Source of the DNA: Candidatus Woesearchaeota archaeon
Lineage (GTDB): Archaea; Nanobdellota; Nanobdellia; Woesearchaeales; JABGUJ01
NCBI GenBank assembly: GCA_018646625.1
Contig: JABGUJ010000004.1
Span: forward strand, 62,001 to 126,000
Length of the DNA stretch: 64,000 nucleotides
Direction: 5' to 3'
The notes under the pieces are model-generated. The model made no database searches, was not told the DNA's origin, and saw only the letters and a list, made by a program, of their open reading frames with translations. The translations under genes and the position numbers were made by a program. The stretch's first letter is position 1. Each line of letters opens with the position of its first letter. Of this stretch, positions 1-15,000 are shown piece by piece.

Positions 1-2
1 AA

Positions 3-3000
3 TATTATGAAAATAATACTGATGCTTCTGGCTATTATACAATAAATAACTTACCATTTGGTGGATACAGGTTTGATGTCGAATCAGATGACGAATCAAT
101 TGGCTCTGTATCTAATGATCTTGATGAAATTGATTCTTTAGTTATCTCAGAGAATATTGAACTTAACGCTTCTCTTCCTGCTGGTTTATTTTTTAATATC
201 TTGACTGATAAAGGAAGTTATGCGCTTGATGATACTGCTTATGTTAATATCACTGTTTATAATTACGGAGAATTTGATTTGCACAATTGGACCATTTTTA
301 CAGAAGGTTATGCTGAGAACGACTCTAACGATGAAACATTCTTTGAGAATCTCATTAGTGAGGACGTTACAATCTTACAAGGAGAAAACATCAGTTTCAA
401 CTTTAGTGTTTTCTTGAATGAGACTGCAATCTCTTCTGTAACTGATGCTGAAGTTTACATTTCTCCTGTAGCTCTGAAACAGAACAATAGTCTTGTTTCC
501 ATTTCTTCAGGTCAAGATATGGATGTTGCGGGAATTTTCTGGTATGATAAGCAACTTAACATTACAGAAGAACCTGTCTGTGGTTATTCTGGCGGAGATT
601 GGAATATTACAACTCCAATTAACTGTTCTGATGAAGAGATTTATGTGGACGGAGATATCACCATCGTGGCGGGCGACTTAGCGACGACTAGTTTCAGCGC
701 AGCATCGACTGCCGCATATGACTTAAGAGGTAACTCAACAGATATTGGTGAAAATTCTGAATTAGATCTTTTAGCTAATGAAGCTGGTTACACAGATGAT
801 TGGGATCAATCAGGAAGCGGAATGGATTTTTACATTGCAATGAATGAAACCTCGAACAGAATACAAATATTAGTGAACTTATCCCCTGGCGCTATTTATA
901 TAATTGATCTTGATCAAGACGCGAGCACAGGGTTTGTTATTGAGGATGGAAGAGGATATGACCTTTGGCTGGGAAATATGCCTGATATGGGAGTATATGG
1001 TGTTGGTGTCTCTAACTCTACTCTTGAGGATGAAGGTGATTTTGGCTGGTTCCAAAACGCAGAAGATGGAGATGTAATGAACACTTCTACAAGTTCAGAC
1101 TGGAATTTAAATTACACAGTATACATGAATAAATCCGATGACAACTTTACGATAGAATTAATAATCGACATGTACTCAACAGAAGAGTGGGCTGATAAGA
1201 CGGTATTTATGGCGGTTTTTGGAGAAGGAGATGATTCTGGATATACAACATTTATGAACTCATCACTTGAAGAGGGTGGGCAACTAAGTCTTGAAAACAT
1301 TACGCTTGAGATTGAAGGAAACATCTCTGCTGATGGCACTCTAATCATAAACAACTCCGAAATTGAATTCCAAGTAATAGATAATTCAACCGATTTTGTA
1401 TGTGGATCTGGCTCGGTTGTGCTGATAAATAATTCGTTGATAGGCGCAAATAACTCGGACTTTGCATTTGGATTTAAATCATACTCTCCTTCATTAACAT
1501 TACAAAACACAGAATTCTCTAGTCTTATTCAGGATTATGATTGGGGGAGTGAGGAAACATCCAGTGGTATCCATCTTGAAGAAGGTGATGCACTCATAAC
1601 TAATGTCACACTAACAGATTTTTCGGGTTGGAATTGCTTTTATGTTCAATCTGCTGGTGCGGTGTTGTCGAACTTAAATACTAGCGAGAACAGTTGCTCG
1701 CTTTATTTGAACGGAGGGGGATCATACACCGTAAGAGATAGTCACCTGAGCTCCCTTTCTCTGATGAACGGGCCTAGTAACTGTCTGATCTCTAACAATA
1801 AAATCACTTATTCCCTAAGCGTGAGTTCAAATGGAGAAACGGCTGACAATATCTTTGTGAATAATAATCTTGAGAATGCACGGTTTTTTGACATTAGTAA
1901 CACAACAAACTCAAACTATTTAATCTACAACAACTCTTTTGGGGAAGTTAGCTGGTACTTATCAAACCTTACAATAAATTCTTCATTCGGTAACACACTT
2001 AATTTCTCTATCGGAGAAAATGTATACGTAGAGAATAACACCATTGGACTGAGCGATCATTCAAGATTCTCTAACTTAAACGATTCCGCAACTCTAACAT
2101 TCAGAGGTTTATTTTGGGAGTCTGACACGGCAGAAGTATGCGAATCTGGTGCATCTTGCTTCGATTGTAATTCAACAAACAACTGCACATATAATTATGA
2201 TGCTAGGGTTCTCGTTGTGAATGTAACTCACTTCAGTAACTATACTACAAACGGAACAAATGTAGGACCTCCTAGTTATACTTTATCTGGTTACGTGAAA
2301 TATCTTAACGGTACACCTGTCTATGATATCGATGTTTATCTTGAACACAACTTCACTTATTCTGAATACTATAACACCACAGACGCTTCTGGTTATTATG
2401 AAATCCATAACGTACCTGCGGGAGGATATAACTATGATGTTGAACCTGACAACGAAGAGATGGGATACAGTGGAGTGACCACTGACTTTGGCGACAACGA
2501 GGAGTACTTAGAGATATTGGAAGATATTGAAGTGAACGCATCTTTGTATCCTGACATAATAGTGACCTTAATGACAAATACAGACGTGTATCAGCTCAAT
2601 GCTACGGTTTTCGCCAACGTAACCGTATACAACAATGGAGAGTATGATATCTTAAACTGGATTCCTTTCTCCGAGGCATATATAGAAAACGACACTTACT
2701 GCTGTGGTGAACTTTACGAAAGCGAGGGGGACAACATAAGTTTATTGTCTGGTCAAAACTTGAGCTATACCTTAGACGTATTTTTAAATTCATCAATCAT
2801 TAACCAAATTGAATCACCTGAAGTGTATCTTGAATCCGCCGCAATAACATTGAACAATAGTTTGATTTCCGTCTCAACAGGACAAGACCTGACTGTTGCA
2901 GGGATCTTTGGTGCAGAGATTAAAATAAACATCTCTGAGTTCGGAAGTAACACTTTATCTGGTTATGCGAGATACTTGAACGGAACTCCTATTGATGGAG

Positions 3001-6000
3001 CAGAAGTTTGGATGCAAAACAACATTTCTTTCATATCGTATGAAGAACTCACAAACGCCACGGGTTATTACGAAGTCACTAACCTTTCAGGAATTGGCGG
3101 ATATGATGTTGAGATTGGCCGTCACCGAATGGGTCTTGCTGGTGCTAGTAATTGGAATCTAGAATCTGATGAATCTGATTGGCTAATTATTTCTGAAGAT
3201 ACTGAGTTAAACTCATCTCACTATAGTGGCCTTTACATTAATGTAACGTTAAATAAGGAACAATATTCATTAGATAGTATAGTATTAGTTAACATTATTA
3301 TAGATAACGTTGGACCTTATAACTTAGTTAATTGGACTCCTACGTTGTATGGTTACGCTGAAGATGACAATACCAATGATAGATACTTCTATGACGTAAC
3401 CGGGGCCAATCTTACTTTATCATCCGGACAACAATTTAATTTTAGTTTCAATTTTACAATAAATTCTACTGAAATGATTGGAAACGGAATAAATTTATCC
3501 GAACCTTTTGAAGTTTATGCAGGGTGCGATCTTCTAAAACAAAACGACAGCGGATTTTCTGTTTCCAACGGCCAGAATTTAGACCAAGTTTACGAGTTTA
3601 GCAATGAAAGGTTAGTTAATGTTACTGAGCTGCCTGACTTACCCGACTTACCACTACTAAAGTTCTTTGATGATTTTACAGGTCCAACAATTAATGATAG
3701 GTATTCTGTGTTTAATGGCGGATTAAATACTTCGCAGAACAATGTTTTGATTATTAATGGATCCCCAGGAAAAGGCGGTTTGTATACTAATGACTTTGTC
3801 GATCACTCTAATCATTTCACAGCATCTGCATACGTTGAATTGATCAACACAAGTGAAATACCGGGACCTTACAACGAAAGCCAATTATTCTTAGGATTTA
3901 TGGATATGAATGCATTTCAAATGTTAAGTAATTGCGAAATACAAATAGGGGCGGATGGTTCGATGCAATTGGAAGCTTCAAACATGGGTTACGGAGGCAA
4001 TTCTGAAAACATAACTTCACTTAACGGTACACTAACTGCTCATTTTGATAACGAAACTGGATACACTCATTGCTCCTTCGAAGATGCTTACGCTAATGTC
4101 ACTAATGGTACTTCTTTAGATACCGAAAATAGATTTTCCATAATACTTATAGCAACCAACGAAGACGGTCCACATTATGTTGAAGCGAGATATGATACTC
4201 TTAACTTTAGTTACCCACAACCACAAGGTCCACCTCCTGAAGGTCCAACTTACACTTTATCAGGTTATTTAACTTTCATCAACGGAACACCTATAGAAAG
4301 TATGGGGATGGAAGTTCAGAAAGGTGGTCAAGGTCAGTATCAAAGCAACATAACTAATGCGTCAGGTTATTACGAAATAACTGGTTTATCTGAAGGCAAT
4401 TATACGATGTACGCCGACTATGATTTAGACTTTCCTGGAGTTGGAATGATTGCAAACGACTTTGAATTTAATGATTGGATTATTATATCTGAAGACACTG
4501 AGTTAAATGCATCAATCTACGGAGATGTTTATTTTACTTTTGAGACTGATAAAGAAACTTATTCACTAAATGATACAGTATACATAAACGTTACAATAAA
4601 CAACTCAGGTAATTATGATTTAATAGATATGGTTCCTATACTTGAGGCAACGGTGGAAGAAAACGAAGGAGATCGTGAAACCGAAGACTTATACCTGTCT
4701 ATGGGAAATAATATAACTATTTTAACCCAAGGGCAGCAGATAGTTAACTATAGCTTCTTCTTAAACTCTACCACGATGGGGACTTTAAACACACCATACA
4801 CTGTATCTGCAAACGTTTTGATCGTTCAAAACAATAACAGCTTAGTTTCAATCTCTAACGGACAATCATTTACTGGAATAGTTGCAGGAAGTGAAGGAAT
4901 TCAGATGATAAATATGAGCGAACAAGAAGCGCCTCCTGCGGGTGGCGAATTATATCCGTTTGTTCCTGGAGATATAGAAGCAACAGATTTCGCTTCAGAC
5001 AATAATGGTGCAGACGCTGCTTCAGATATTTTAGAATTCTACGCTACTGACAACGGTTCAATGTTTTTTGCTAGATTTAATGTAACTGATTTATCTAATT
5101 TAGCAATTTGCGGTGGCAGTTATCCTGAACCTGCAAACGTTACATCATATAATATTGATGTTGATAACAATGGCACCGGAGGTTATTCTGGGCCGGGCGG
5201 ATTAGAAGATGGAGATAAAAGATTTGGAATTAGTATTGATGACACTCCTTCCATTACTTCTTATGTTTTAAAATACAATGGGACTGATTACGTTACCGAT
5301 GTCATATCGGTTGTGCGTTACAATTATTCGTGTGAATCTGATACGATTGATTTAGGGATGTCTTATGCTGATCTTGGAACTCAAGAAGGAAAGACTGTGA
5401 CTTTGCAACCTGGAATTACTTGGCAAGTTGGTATAGAGCTAGGATTACTTGATGGTTTGGACAGTGATATAAATTATACTATTAGCAGTGAAGCGCCTTC
5501 TGAAAATATTTCATGTACTGATTTTGATGGAGATGGTTTCAACTCTTCTGGTTTGGTTGGATGCGGTTTACAAGATTGTAATGACTATAATGTTTCAATC
5601 TATCCAGGAACTGAAGAAAATTGTACTGATGGTGTAGATAATAATTGTAATTGGTTAGTTGATAGTGATGATTTAGTTTGTGGTGGTCAGTCGTATCCTG
5701 ATTGGTCAGGAATTGGATTCCAAAAAGCGCCTTACGCTGCGAATGGAAATGGTTGTCACCAAGTAGGTGAAGAAACAAGTGAAGGAAATTCTCCTGGAGT
5801 TAACTGTCCGAACAATGGAGATCCTGCTTTTGATGTTGCAGCAGTATGGGTAGATCAAGACTACGAGTTTGTATACTGGAAGTTTGCTTCAGCTAACATA
5901 ACTGGTGCAAAGTTCTGTGGCGGAACAAATGAAGTAAGATTGTATGTTGAATTTAACGCAGATGACAACATGTCTACAGGGAGTAGAAATGGTATACCTA

Positions 6001-9000
6001 ATGATGGTTCTTACCCTGGATCTGACTATCAATTTAAAGTTAATCTAGACGGTTATGGTGAAATGTGGGAGTATGATAGAAATGGAACTTATTGTAATCA
6101 CACTCCTGATAATCAATCTTGTTATGATCCTATTAATGGATCTGCAGGAGAATGTTATTGTTTTACTTACAACAGCAGCATGCCTGTTTATGTTAACATT
6201 ACCGAGAACCCCGATGGTTCGTGTAAGCATAGTAAATCAGAGATAACAGTCGCTGTGAGAAAGAATACTATTATGAATATTACTGAAATGAATTTTGAAG
6301 CCAATTCATTCCCCGCAACAGATGTATACAATGGTGGTGGACCAATAGATATGCACAGAGGCGGAGACGATTTTGATCAATTCTTTGGAGCGGGACAGGG
6401 AGAAGATCCTATGGCATGTGGACAGTTTAGTGATAACCAAAGCAAATGTGATGATGATGGTGATGAGTTTTTTTGTAGATACAATCATGGTATTCAACAA
6501 TGTGGACCGGATCCGCAAAATTTCGACGATTGTGATGAAGCTTGTTTTGCTTGTTCGACAGAAAACGATTGTACTAACAGCGAAGAAGGAATTTGTGAAT
6601 GGGATACAGATAATCCCCATATTCCTGAAGGACAAGATGGTATTTGTAGAGAGGAGATAGGTTTCCAAGATTTGGGTGGTAGTGACTGCGATAATGATTG
6701 TTATGGTTGTTTTACCGAAAATTCCTGTTCAAACAGCCTAGCCAATGGTGGCGGTACAGGTTACGGTGGTTGTACTTGGTTTGTTGATGCATTCAATGGA
6801 GATCAGTTCTGTGAAGTTTTCGGAGTCCGAATGCCTGAATGTAGAAATCAAGCTTCTGATAGTGTGGGTGCTTGGACGGGCTGTACAACCCAGAGTGCTT
6901 GCGAAGATAACGGCTGGTACTGGGATGCCCCTTATCGAATATGTTCTGAAACATCCGGCTCGGAGATATGTTATGATACTATAGATAATGATGGAGATGG
7001 TCAGACAGATTGTCGAGACACTGATTGTTATGCTGATTTTGTCTGTGGTGGCACAATTGAAACCATCACTGGTGACTACGCCACACAAAACCCTTTTGAA
7101 GTAATGGATGAATTTATGCAGCAAGGGTTTGATCCTGCACCTCCTTTTGTAATTGGAACTGATTCTGTTGGGGAAACTGCAATAGAATATGCCGATATAA
7201 CTGCAATTAGTATCAAAGACGGTCCGAAGGCAATCTTCTTTGGAACTGAGTTGCTCAATGTATCTGAACTTCAAATGAATGATGATATGTGCCAACTTAA
7301 CGGTACGGAAAACATAAAGATTATTGATTTTTTAGATATTGATGATAATGAGACCAGCGGTTGTAACATAACAATAAACTCTCAAATTTATACCGGTTAT
7401 GAGTTTACTCTGCGAAATGATGTATCTGGCGGGGATATTTTGGGAAGTGCATTAAAATGTATTAACGATACCTGGAGATTGGTTCCGATCAGACTTTCTT
7501 CTGTTAAAAATGCAATGTGTAATACTATTCCTGAAGTAGTTCTTCTAGTGCAAAAAGCCGACATAGGTAATCCAACTGATACAATGGAGATTCATACAGT
7601 AACCATGAACACATCTTGGTGGAACCTGTCGAATCTAACTGTGCTTGATCAATATAATGAGTACTACACTCCTGGATCTGTTGACTTTGAACCAATAGAT
7701 TGCTTTGCAGAACCAACTCGATGCGGTGCGTTTAGTTTGGTCGGAGAGGGTAGATCTATGCCTTTTGAAGATTGTCCTGAGCCTGGGGACTACGATCTTG
7801 ATGGACTTGAAGGCTGTGATGACCCTGACTGTAGTTACCTTCCTAGCTGCTCTGATAATTATAATGCATCTGAGGATAATGATGCGTCAAGGGTTTCTAT
7901 GGGGACGACTGAAGAATTTGATGTGGGTGCATCCATTGTGTGGTCAACTAATGAACCAACTAACAGCAGTTTGTTATTCTTTCATAATGACTCAACTTGT
8001 ACAGAACATAATGAAACCTTAACAGAACCTCTTCCACAAGATTTCCAAATTCTTAATCCATTCAAACCATGGCACAGCGTAATGGTGGATGATTATAATT
8101 TAGGTTACTCATTATCTACATCAACCACATACTACTACAAACTACAAGACATAGATCGTGCAGACAACGTTGCTCAAAGTAAATGTCTTAACTTCACAAC
8201 AACCAGTGCTCCGGGTATTATTTCTATTTTGTTTAATTTCACACCTACTGCAAGTAACAATGTATCGGTGAGAATTAATGATCAAAACATAACCTTTGGT
8301 CAAGTACAGGAATACAATCTAACGAGAGATGTAAACTTAACGTTTTATGGTCCGAAGAACTCTTCGGTTTTAGATAATGGTTGGGAAATTACTTGTGTTG
8401 ATGCAGATCTTGTTAGGGCCGCGGACTTAGACTTAAGGGACGCTATGTTAATTAACTTCTCGGGAGATAATAACTTCCTTGGTATGGACATTGGACTTTG
8501 GAATGAAATAACTCAGAAGCTCGGTTGTGAATTTATAAAGGTGCGAATACCTGAAGAGGGCAATGATCTATTAAAATGTGCTGATAACGGTACTAATTGT
8601 GAGACTGTTGATGATTTTAGTGCGGAGCTAATTAATTATGGTGGTTCTGGAGACACAGCATACAGTTTATGGAGAGTTAATGTGAATTTAGGTTTCTCTA
8701 CATATAGATCTAACCAAAGCACTGGTGACGTTAACTTTACAATTAATGCAACTTTATTTAACGAATCTGTAGATGAAGGTCAAGACATTGAAGTTCAATT
8801 GAATATCACCAATACTGATAGTAGAAACTTAAGCATAATTAATGTTAATGGTTCTTTCCTTGCAGGATACTTGGACTTTACATACTCTAGCGACGGTATG
8901 CCTTCAGATTATGGTCAAGACGGACCAACTGAATGGGGGTACTGGGATAATGTAACTGATAGTGTCCCATTAGAGCCTGGACAATCATACATAATTAATT

Positions 9001-12000
9001 GGACCTTTAATACTTCCAGTGGGCAAAACGACATACCTATTGGTGCTTTAGTGGATGTAATTGCTGATGATGGAAATACTAGCAATGTTTCAACAACTGT
9101 TTACGTTAATGTGAGCAGTACTTATTGTGGTGGTGCGTACTCTGGTTCAGGTGATTGGACTATTTTAAACGCAACTACTTGTTCTAATGAAAATATTACT
9201 GTTACCGGGGGCCTGACAATTTCATCTCAAGGAGATGTGCCTACTACTAATTTTAGTACTAATAGCTTATCATCTTACGATGCAAGATCAAATTCTTCGA
9301 CAATTAGTTTGTCCGACATAGATTTAGTTGCAGATGATACTTCATATACTGATGACTGGGATGATACAACCATCTCCGAATTTTACACTCGAATTAATGG
9401 ATCTGAGCACATAATACAAATGTATGTTGATAATAATAATTTAAGCTATGCTTACTTTATTGATGTTGATAGCAGTTCTAATTCAGGGGTGGGTTTAGAT
9501 AAATCTGAAACTCGCGGCTATGACTTATTTATTGGTTACTTCCCTGATTTTAATTTAACTCATGTGGCTGTATTTAATAGATCCATTTCGCCACCTAATC
9601 CTGAATGGCCGTCAGGATGGTTTCAGAACGCAACTAATGGTATGACTGTGACTGCCGATTATGATTCTGGTCTGACTGAGAATTACACAGTTAATTTCAT
9701 AAACGATACTAGTAATTACAAATATGAAGTAATGATTAACATGACTGGAGCATGGACTGATAAACCGGTTGCTCTGTTCTATGGGGGACCTGGTGATTAT
9801 CCTGAATACTTTACCACATTCAAAAACTCTGAGTTACTTGATCCGATGATTGGTGCGTTAACTCTAAACAACGTGACTCTCGAACTTTCTGGTAATCTGG
9901 ACGCTAACGCGAATACTAACTTAACTATTCAGGATTCAACCATAGAATTCCAAATGACTGACAATGAGAGTGCAAATCTTTCTGCTTTTGATTTGAACTG
10001 GTTAATAATTAATCATTCAACAATAAGTTCCAACGGATCGTATTATTACACTCTGGAATTTGAGGAAATAGTAAATCAGAAAATATTAAACAGCAACATG
10101 TCATCGATGTGTGTTTCATCTGATGGTCCGCAGACTTGTCAACTAGCATCGAGCAGCAATACTGTAATATATAATAACACTTTTGATGATTGTGGCGTCG
10201 GTTCGTTATACCTGGGTGGCGGATCATCAAATGTAAACATAAGTTATAACAATTTTTTATCAACTTGTAGTCTTTATCTAACCTCATCAGGAGCCGATTT
10301 TACACTTGAAGATTCTTACTTCGTTGGCAACACATTCAATAATGGTGCAACTGCGCGGGGTTGTATCAATTGTATTATTAGGGATAACAACATTACTTCT
10401 AATGGTTTTTCTCTTTCATCAACAGGTAGCGAATCTGGTGAACCTTCCGTTAATTGTACGCTGGAGAACAACATAATAAGTGGGTCACTGAGTGATTATA
10501 ATTCAACTGGATCTAATACGTTAATATACAACAATGAATATGGACAAATTGTTTGGTCAAATAAATCAAATCTTTCAATAGGGTACATAGACGGAATCCT
10601 AGGCTTAATACCTGGCACTACAATCTTTTTAGAAAACAACTTGTTAGGTATACAGGATAGGTCTCAATTTACTCAGATAAACACAACTGCGCAATTATCT
10701 TTCTATGGATTAACCTGGGAAGGGACTGCAGAAGTGTGTGAATCTGGTGCATCTTGCTTTACTTGTAATTCTGGAAACAATTGTACTTACAATTCCGGAA
10801 CTGGTGTACTAACAGTAAACGTAACTCACTTCAGTAATTATTCTACTAACGGAACTGAGCCAACATACAACATGACTGGATGGGTTTTAGCACCAAATGG
10901 TTCTGGAAGATCTGGTGTTTCGGCAAGAATAATACACTCCGTTACATCCGATGCCGATAACACAACAACCAATGGTTCTGGTTTCTTTGAATTCCAAAAC
11001 ATTAGTTCAGGATTATATGAAGTGCGCATAAACAAAGCTTTACCGGGACTTGAAAACTTAACTACGCTTGTGCCTGGCGATATAGGTGGTCAAGACTATT
11101 TTGTGAATCTAACTGCCGGCAACCAAGAAGTAAACGCAACGGTGTATGACATTTTTGTTGCAATGCAAACAAACTCTTCAACATATAATGAAGATTCAAA
11201 TGCTACTGTGAATGTTTCAGTAACTAATTTAGGAGATGTGAATTTAACCAATTGGATTGTTAGCGTATATGCTGAAGGAACTGAAGATGTTGATGATGAT
11301 GAAACCACCGTTAATATCTCAGCAGGAGAAACTTATAATCATACTTTTACTTTATTCATGAACGGTACTGCAATTGGAGAAGATACTACTCTTGATTTCT
11401 ACGCGGGCACATTCAAGCAAGATGAATTCTACAACACATCCACTGAGACTTTAACTGGGGAGAATTATATAGAAGATTATGTTGAGGTCAACATAACTCA
11501 AGCAATACCAACCGCATCAGGAAACTTGAGTTCCTTCTTTGATGATTTTGCAAGCGGAATAAACACAAGCTTCTTTGGACAAAGTGAATCAAACATAACT
11601 ATCGGTGAGGTGTCTGGACAAATATATATGAATGGTTCAGTACAGGATACTGGTGTTGATGAAATTGGAATTTTTTACACACATCAAAACATGACTGGTG
11701 AATCATTCAATGTAAGTGTTATCATAAATTTGACCAATACAACTAGCACAGCAGAAGGCGATTATTTAATTGACTCAGGTATTTTTTTGTATAATGAAGC
11801 GGATTTCTCATCTAGCATGGGTTGTGTGGCCGCGTACGCTGCATTCAGTCCAGGAAATGCGATGTTAGGGTTGCAAAATGGAAGCATAGAGGGAATGCCT
11901 TATACTACGTCTATCCCAGATTCGCAAGGGTTATTGACTCTAACGTACAACGCAAGCAGTGGAATTTTTAACTGTTCCTTAGACGGAATATCTCTTGCTG

Positions 12001-15000
12001 AAACTTCAGACTACTTTGCCGATACAAACTACTCTCTTGCACTCTACAGTAGACTTGGTTCGGTCGGAGCAGTTGATCCGAACGCATCATTAAACGTAAC
12101 ATTTGATGATCTAAACTACACTATTACGCCTTCGGAAGATCCAGGTGCTTCAAGTTGCGGAAACGTATCTTCTAATATAACTTTAACCGAGAATTTATTT
12201 TCAAATGCGACTTGCTTAACTGTGGCTGCAGATGATATTACAATAGATTGTGCTGGATATACAATCAATTACTCTAGAGATATGATGCAACTTGGTAAGG
12301 GAGTTGACATTAGCAATTATAACAACATTACTGTAAAGAATTGCATATTTGAAACTGCTTTTGATGATATGGATGTGAATTATGCTATATATTTAAGCAA
12401 CTCCACCGATAGTGAAATAATCAACAACACCGTAACAGGTGCACTTCCCGAAACGAGTTATTATTTCATATTCTTAACTGCGGGATCAAATGATAATTTA
12501 ATAGCAAATAATAGTGTGTCTGGTTCACTAATGGCAGGAAATGGTATATATGTACAACAAAGCTCTGAGAATAACACGATACAAAATAATGTTGTGACTC
12601 TTTCTGATTCAAGGGGAATAAGCATTTTGAATTCAAACTACAACAACATACTTTACAACAATCTATCAACAGATCCTGACACGATGGATTACGATGCTAT
12701 ATATTTGTACAATTCAAATGAATCTACAATTTCATTCAACAATTTATATGCTGATGCTAATGCAATGTTTTTAGAAGGTTCGGCTTTACGTTTGAGTGAC
12801 AGTCATAACAATGTTATTGGTGAAAACAACTTATCTGCATCTGATGATGAGGCCTATTCTTTATATCTTGACCAGGGATCATCCGGCAATTTATTTTCAA
12901 ATAATTTCGTAAGTTCTACGGATCGAGTAATATATGACTTGGCTGGTGCTGAGAATACTCTTCTTTACAACAACTCTTTCGGACAAATAAATTGGACATC
13001 AACAAACCTATCAACAAACATAACATTACAACTACACAATACAATATTCCTAGAAGATAATAACTTAGGATTGGTAGATGACTCACAAGCCTTATACTTG
13101 AATGGCTCCGCAGTTATTTCATTACACGGTTTAGGATATGACTCACAACCTTGGTTACTGAAGAACGGCGTAAGATGCGATAATACTAGCTCATGTAATA
13201 TTTCTGATTGGGCTGGCAACACATTAATTGCAAACGTCTCTAGTTTTAGTAATTATACAACAACAGAAGATCCAAGCGCTTCGGGTTGCGGAAACATATC
13301 TTCTGATATGACTTTAACTGAGAATCTATTTTCGAATGCAACTTGTTTAACCGTTGCAGCGGATGATATCACAATAGATTGTGCAGGATATATCATCAAT
13401 TACTCTAGAGATGATATGCAACTTGGTAAGGGGGTCGACATTAGCAATTATAACAACATTACTGTGCGGAATTGTATTTTTGAATCTAATGAAATGGATA
13501 TGGATGTGAATTATGCTGTATATCTGAGCAACTCCAATGACAGTCAAATAATCAACAACACAGTAATAGGTTCACTCCCTATGATGATGGGTTATTATTT
13601 TGTGTTTTTAACTGCTGGATCGAGTGATAATTTGATCGCCAACAATAGTGTGTCTGGTTCAGCGATGGAAGGGAAGGGAATATACGTGCAACAGGGATCT
13701 GAGAATAATACAATACAAAATAATGTCATAACTCTTTCTGATTCACAAGGATTAAGTATCTTGAATTCGAATAACAATAACCTATTTTACAACAACATAT
13801 CAACATCTGCCGGAGCGTCGGCCTATGATGCTATATATCTGTACAATTCAAACGAATCTATAATTTCATTCAATAATTTATATGCAGACGGTATGGCAAT
13901 GATGATGCCAGGTGCTGCTTTATATTTAGTAAATTCTCATAATAATATTATTGATGAAAACAATTTATCCGCATCTGACGAAGAGGTCTATTCTTTATAT
14001 TTTACACAGGGATCATCCGGCAATTTATTTTCAAATAATTTTGTAAGTTCTACGGATCGAATAATCTATGACTTGGCTGATGCTAGTAATACTCTCTTTT
14101 ACAACAACTCATTTGGTCAAATAAACTGGACCTCAACAAACCTAACAACAAACCTAACATTACAACTACACAATACAATATTCCTAGAAGATAATAACTT
14201 AGGATTGGTAGATGACTCACAAGCCTTATACTTGAATGGCTCTGCAGTTATTTCATTACACGGTTTAAGCTACCCCACACAACCGCAGCTACTTAAGAAC
14301 GGAGTACAATGCGATGATTTGGACATTTGTAACATATCTTCTTGGGATGGCTCAACACTAATCGCAAACGTCTCAAGCTTTAGTAATTATACAACAAGCG
14401 AAGCACCTGAAGTCTGTGTTAACTTATCAGACGCATCTACATATCAGAGTAAAGTCGTAAACACAAGCGATGGTTATTACATCAATGATAGTCTAACTCT
14501 TTGTCAGGATACTTATACTACTAACATAACTATGATTCGGATTAATAACTCGGGCATAACTATTGATTGCAATGGTGCAACACTACAAGGGGATAGCAGC
14601 GGCTCAAGCGACTATGGATTTTATGAATCAAACATTGATGATTATGTTCTTAGAAACTGTATCACCCGTAACTTTTCTTATGGATTTATCCTATATGGGG
14701 ATAACATCGTACTAGACAACATTTCAGCATATGATGCTGGTGTTTATGGTCTTCTTTTGGGCGGAGAGAATACAACTTTAACTAACTCTCGATCTCAAGA
14801 TAGTGGTACCGATGGTTTGCGGATTTCTAGCTCTGTGGGTGGTGTATTAGTTAACAATACTTTAATTAATAGTTCTCGTTACGATTTTGTGACTAGTGAG
14901 TGTCCTACATTGGTATTTGAAAACAATACTGGTTCTGGTAATCGTCCGATAAATTATACCAACAGCCAAGTTACTTGGAGAGATTTTGAATCCTCTTTGA

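Noticed and set aside
201..203. ORF-track start of the 7306-aa protein
   Set aside because: The frame is open to the window edge and the upstream translation continues a repeat module, so the gene starts before base 1.
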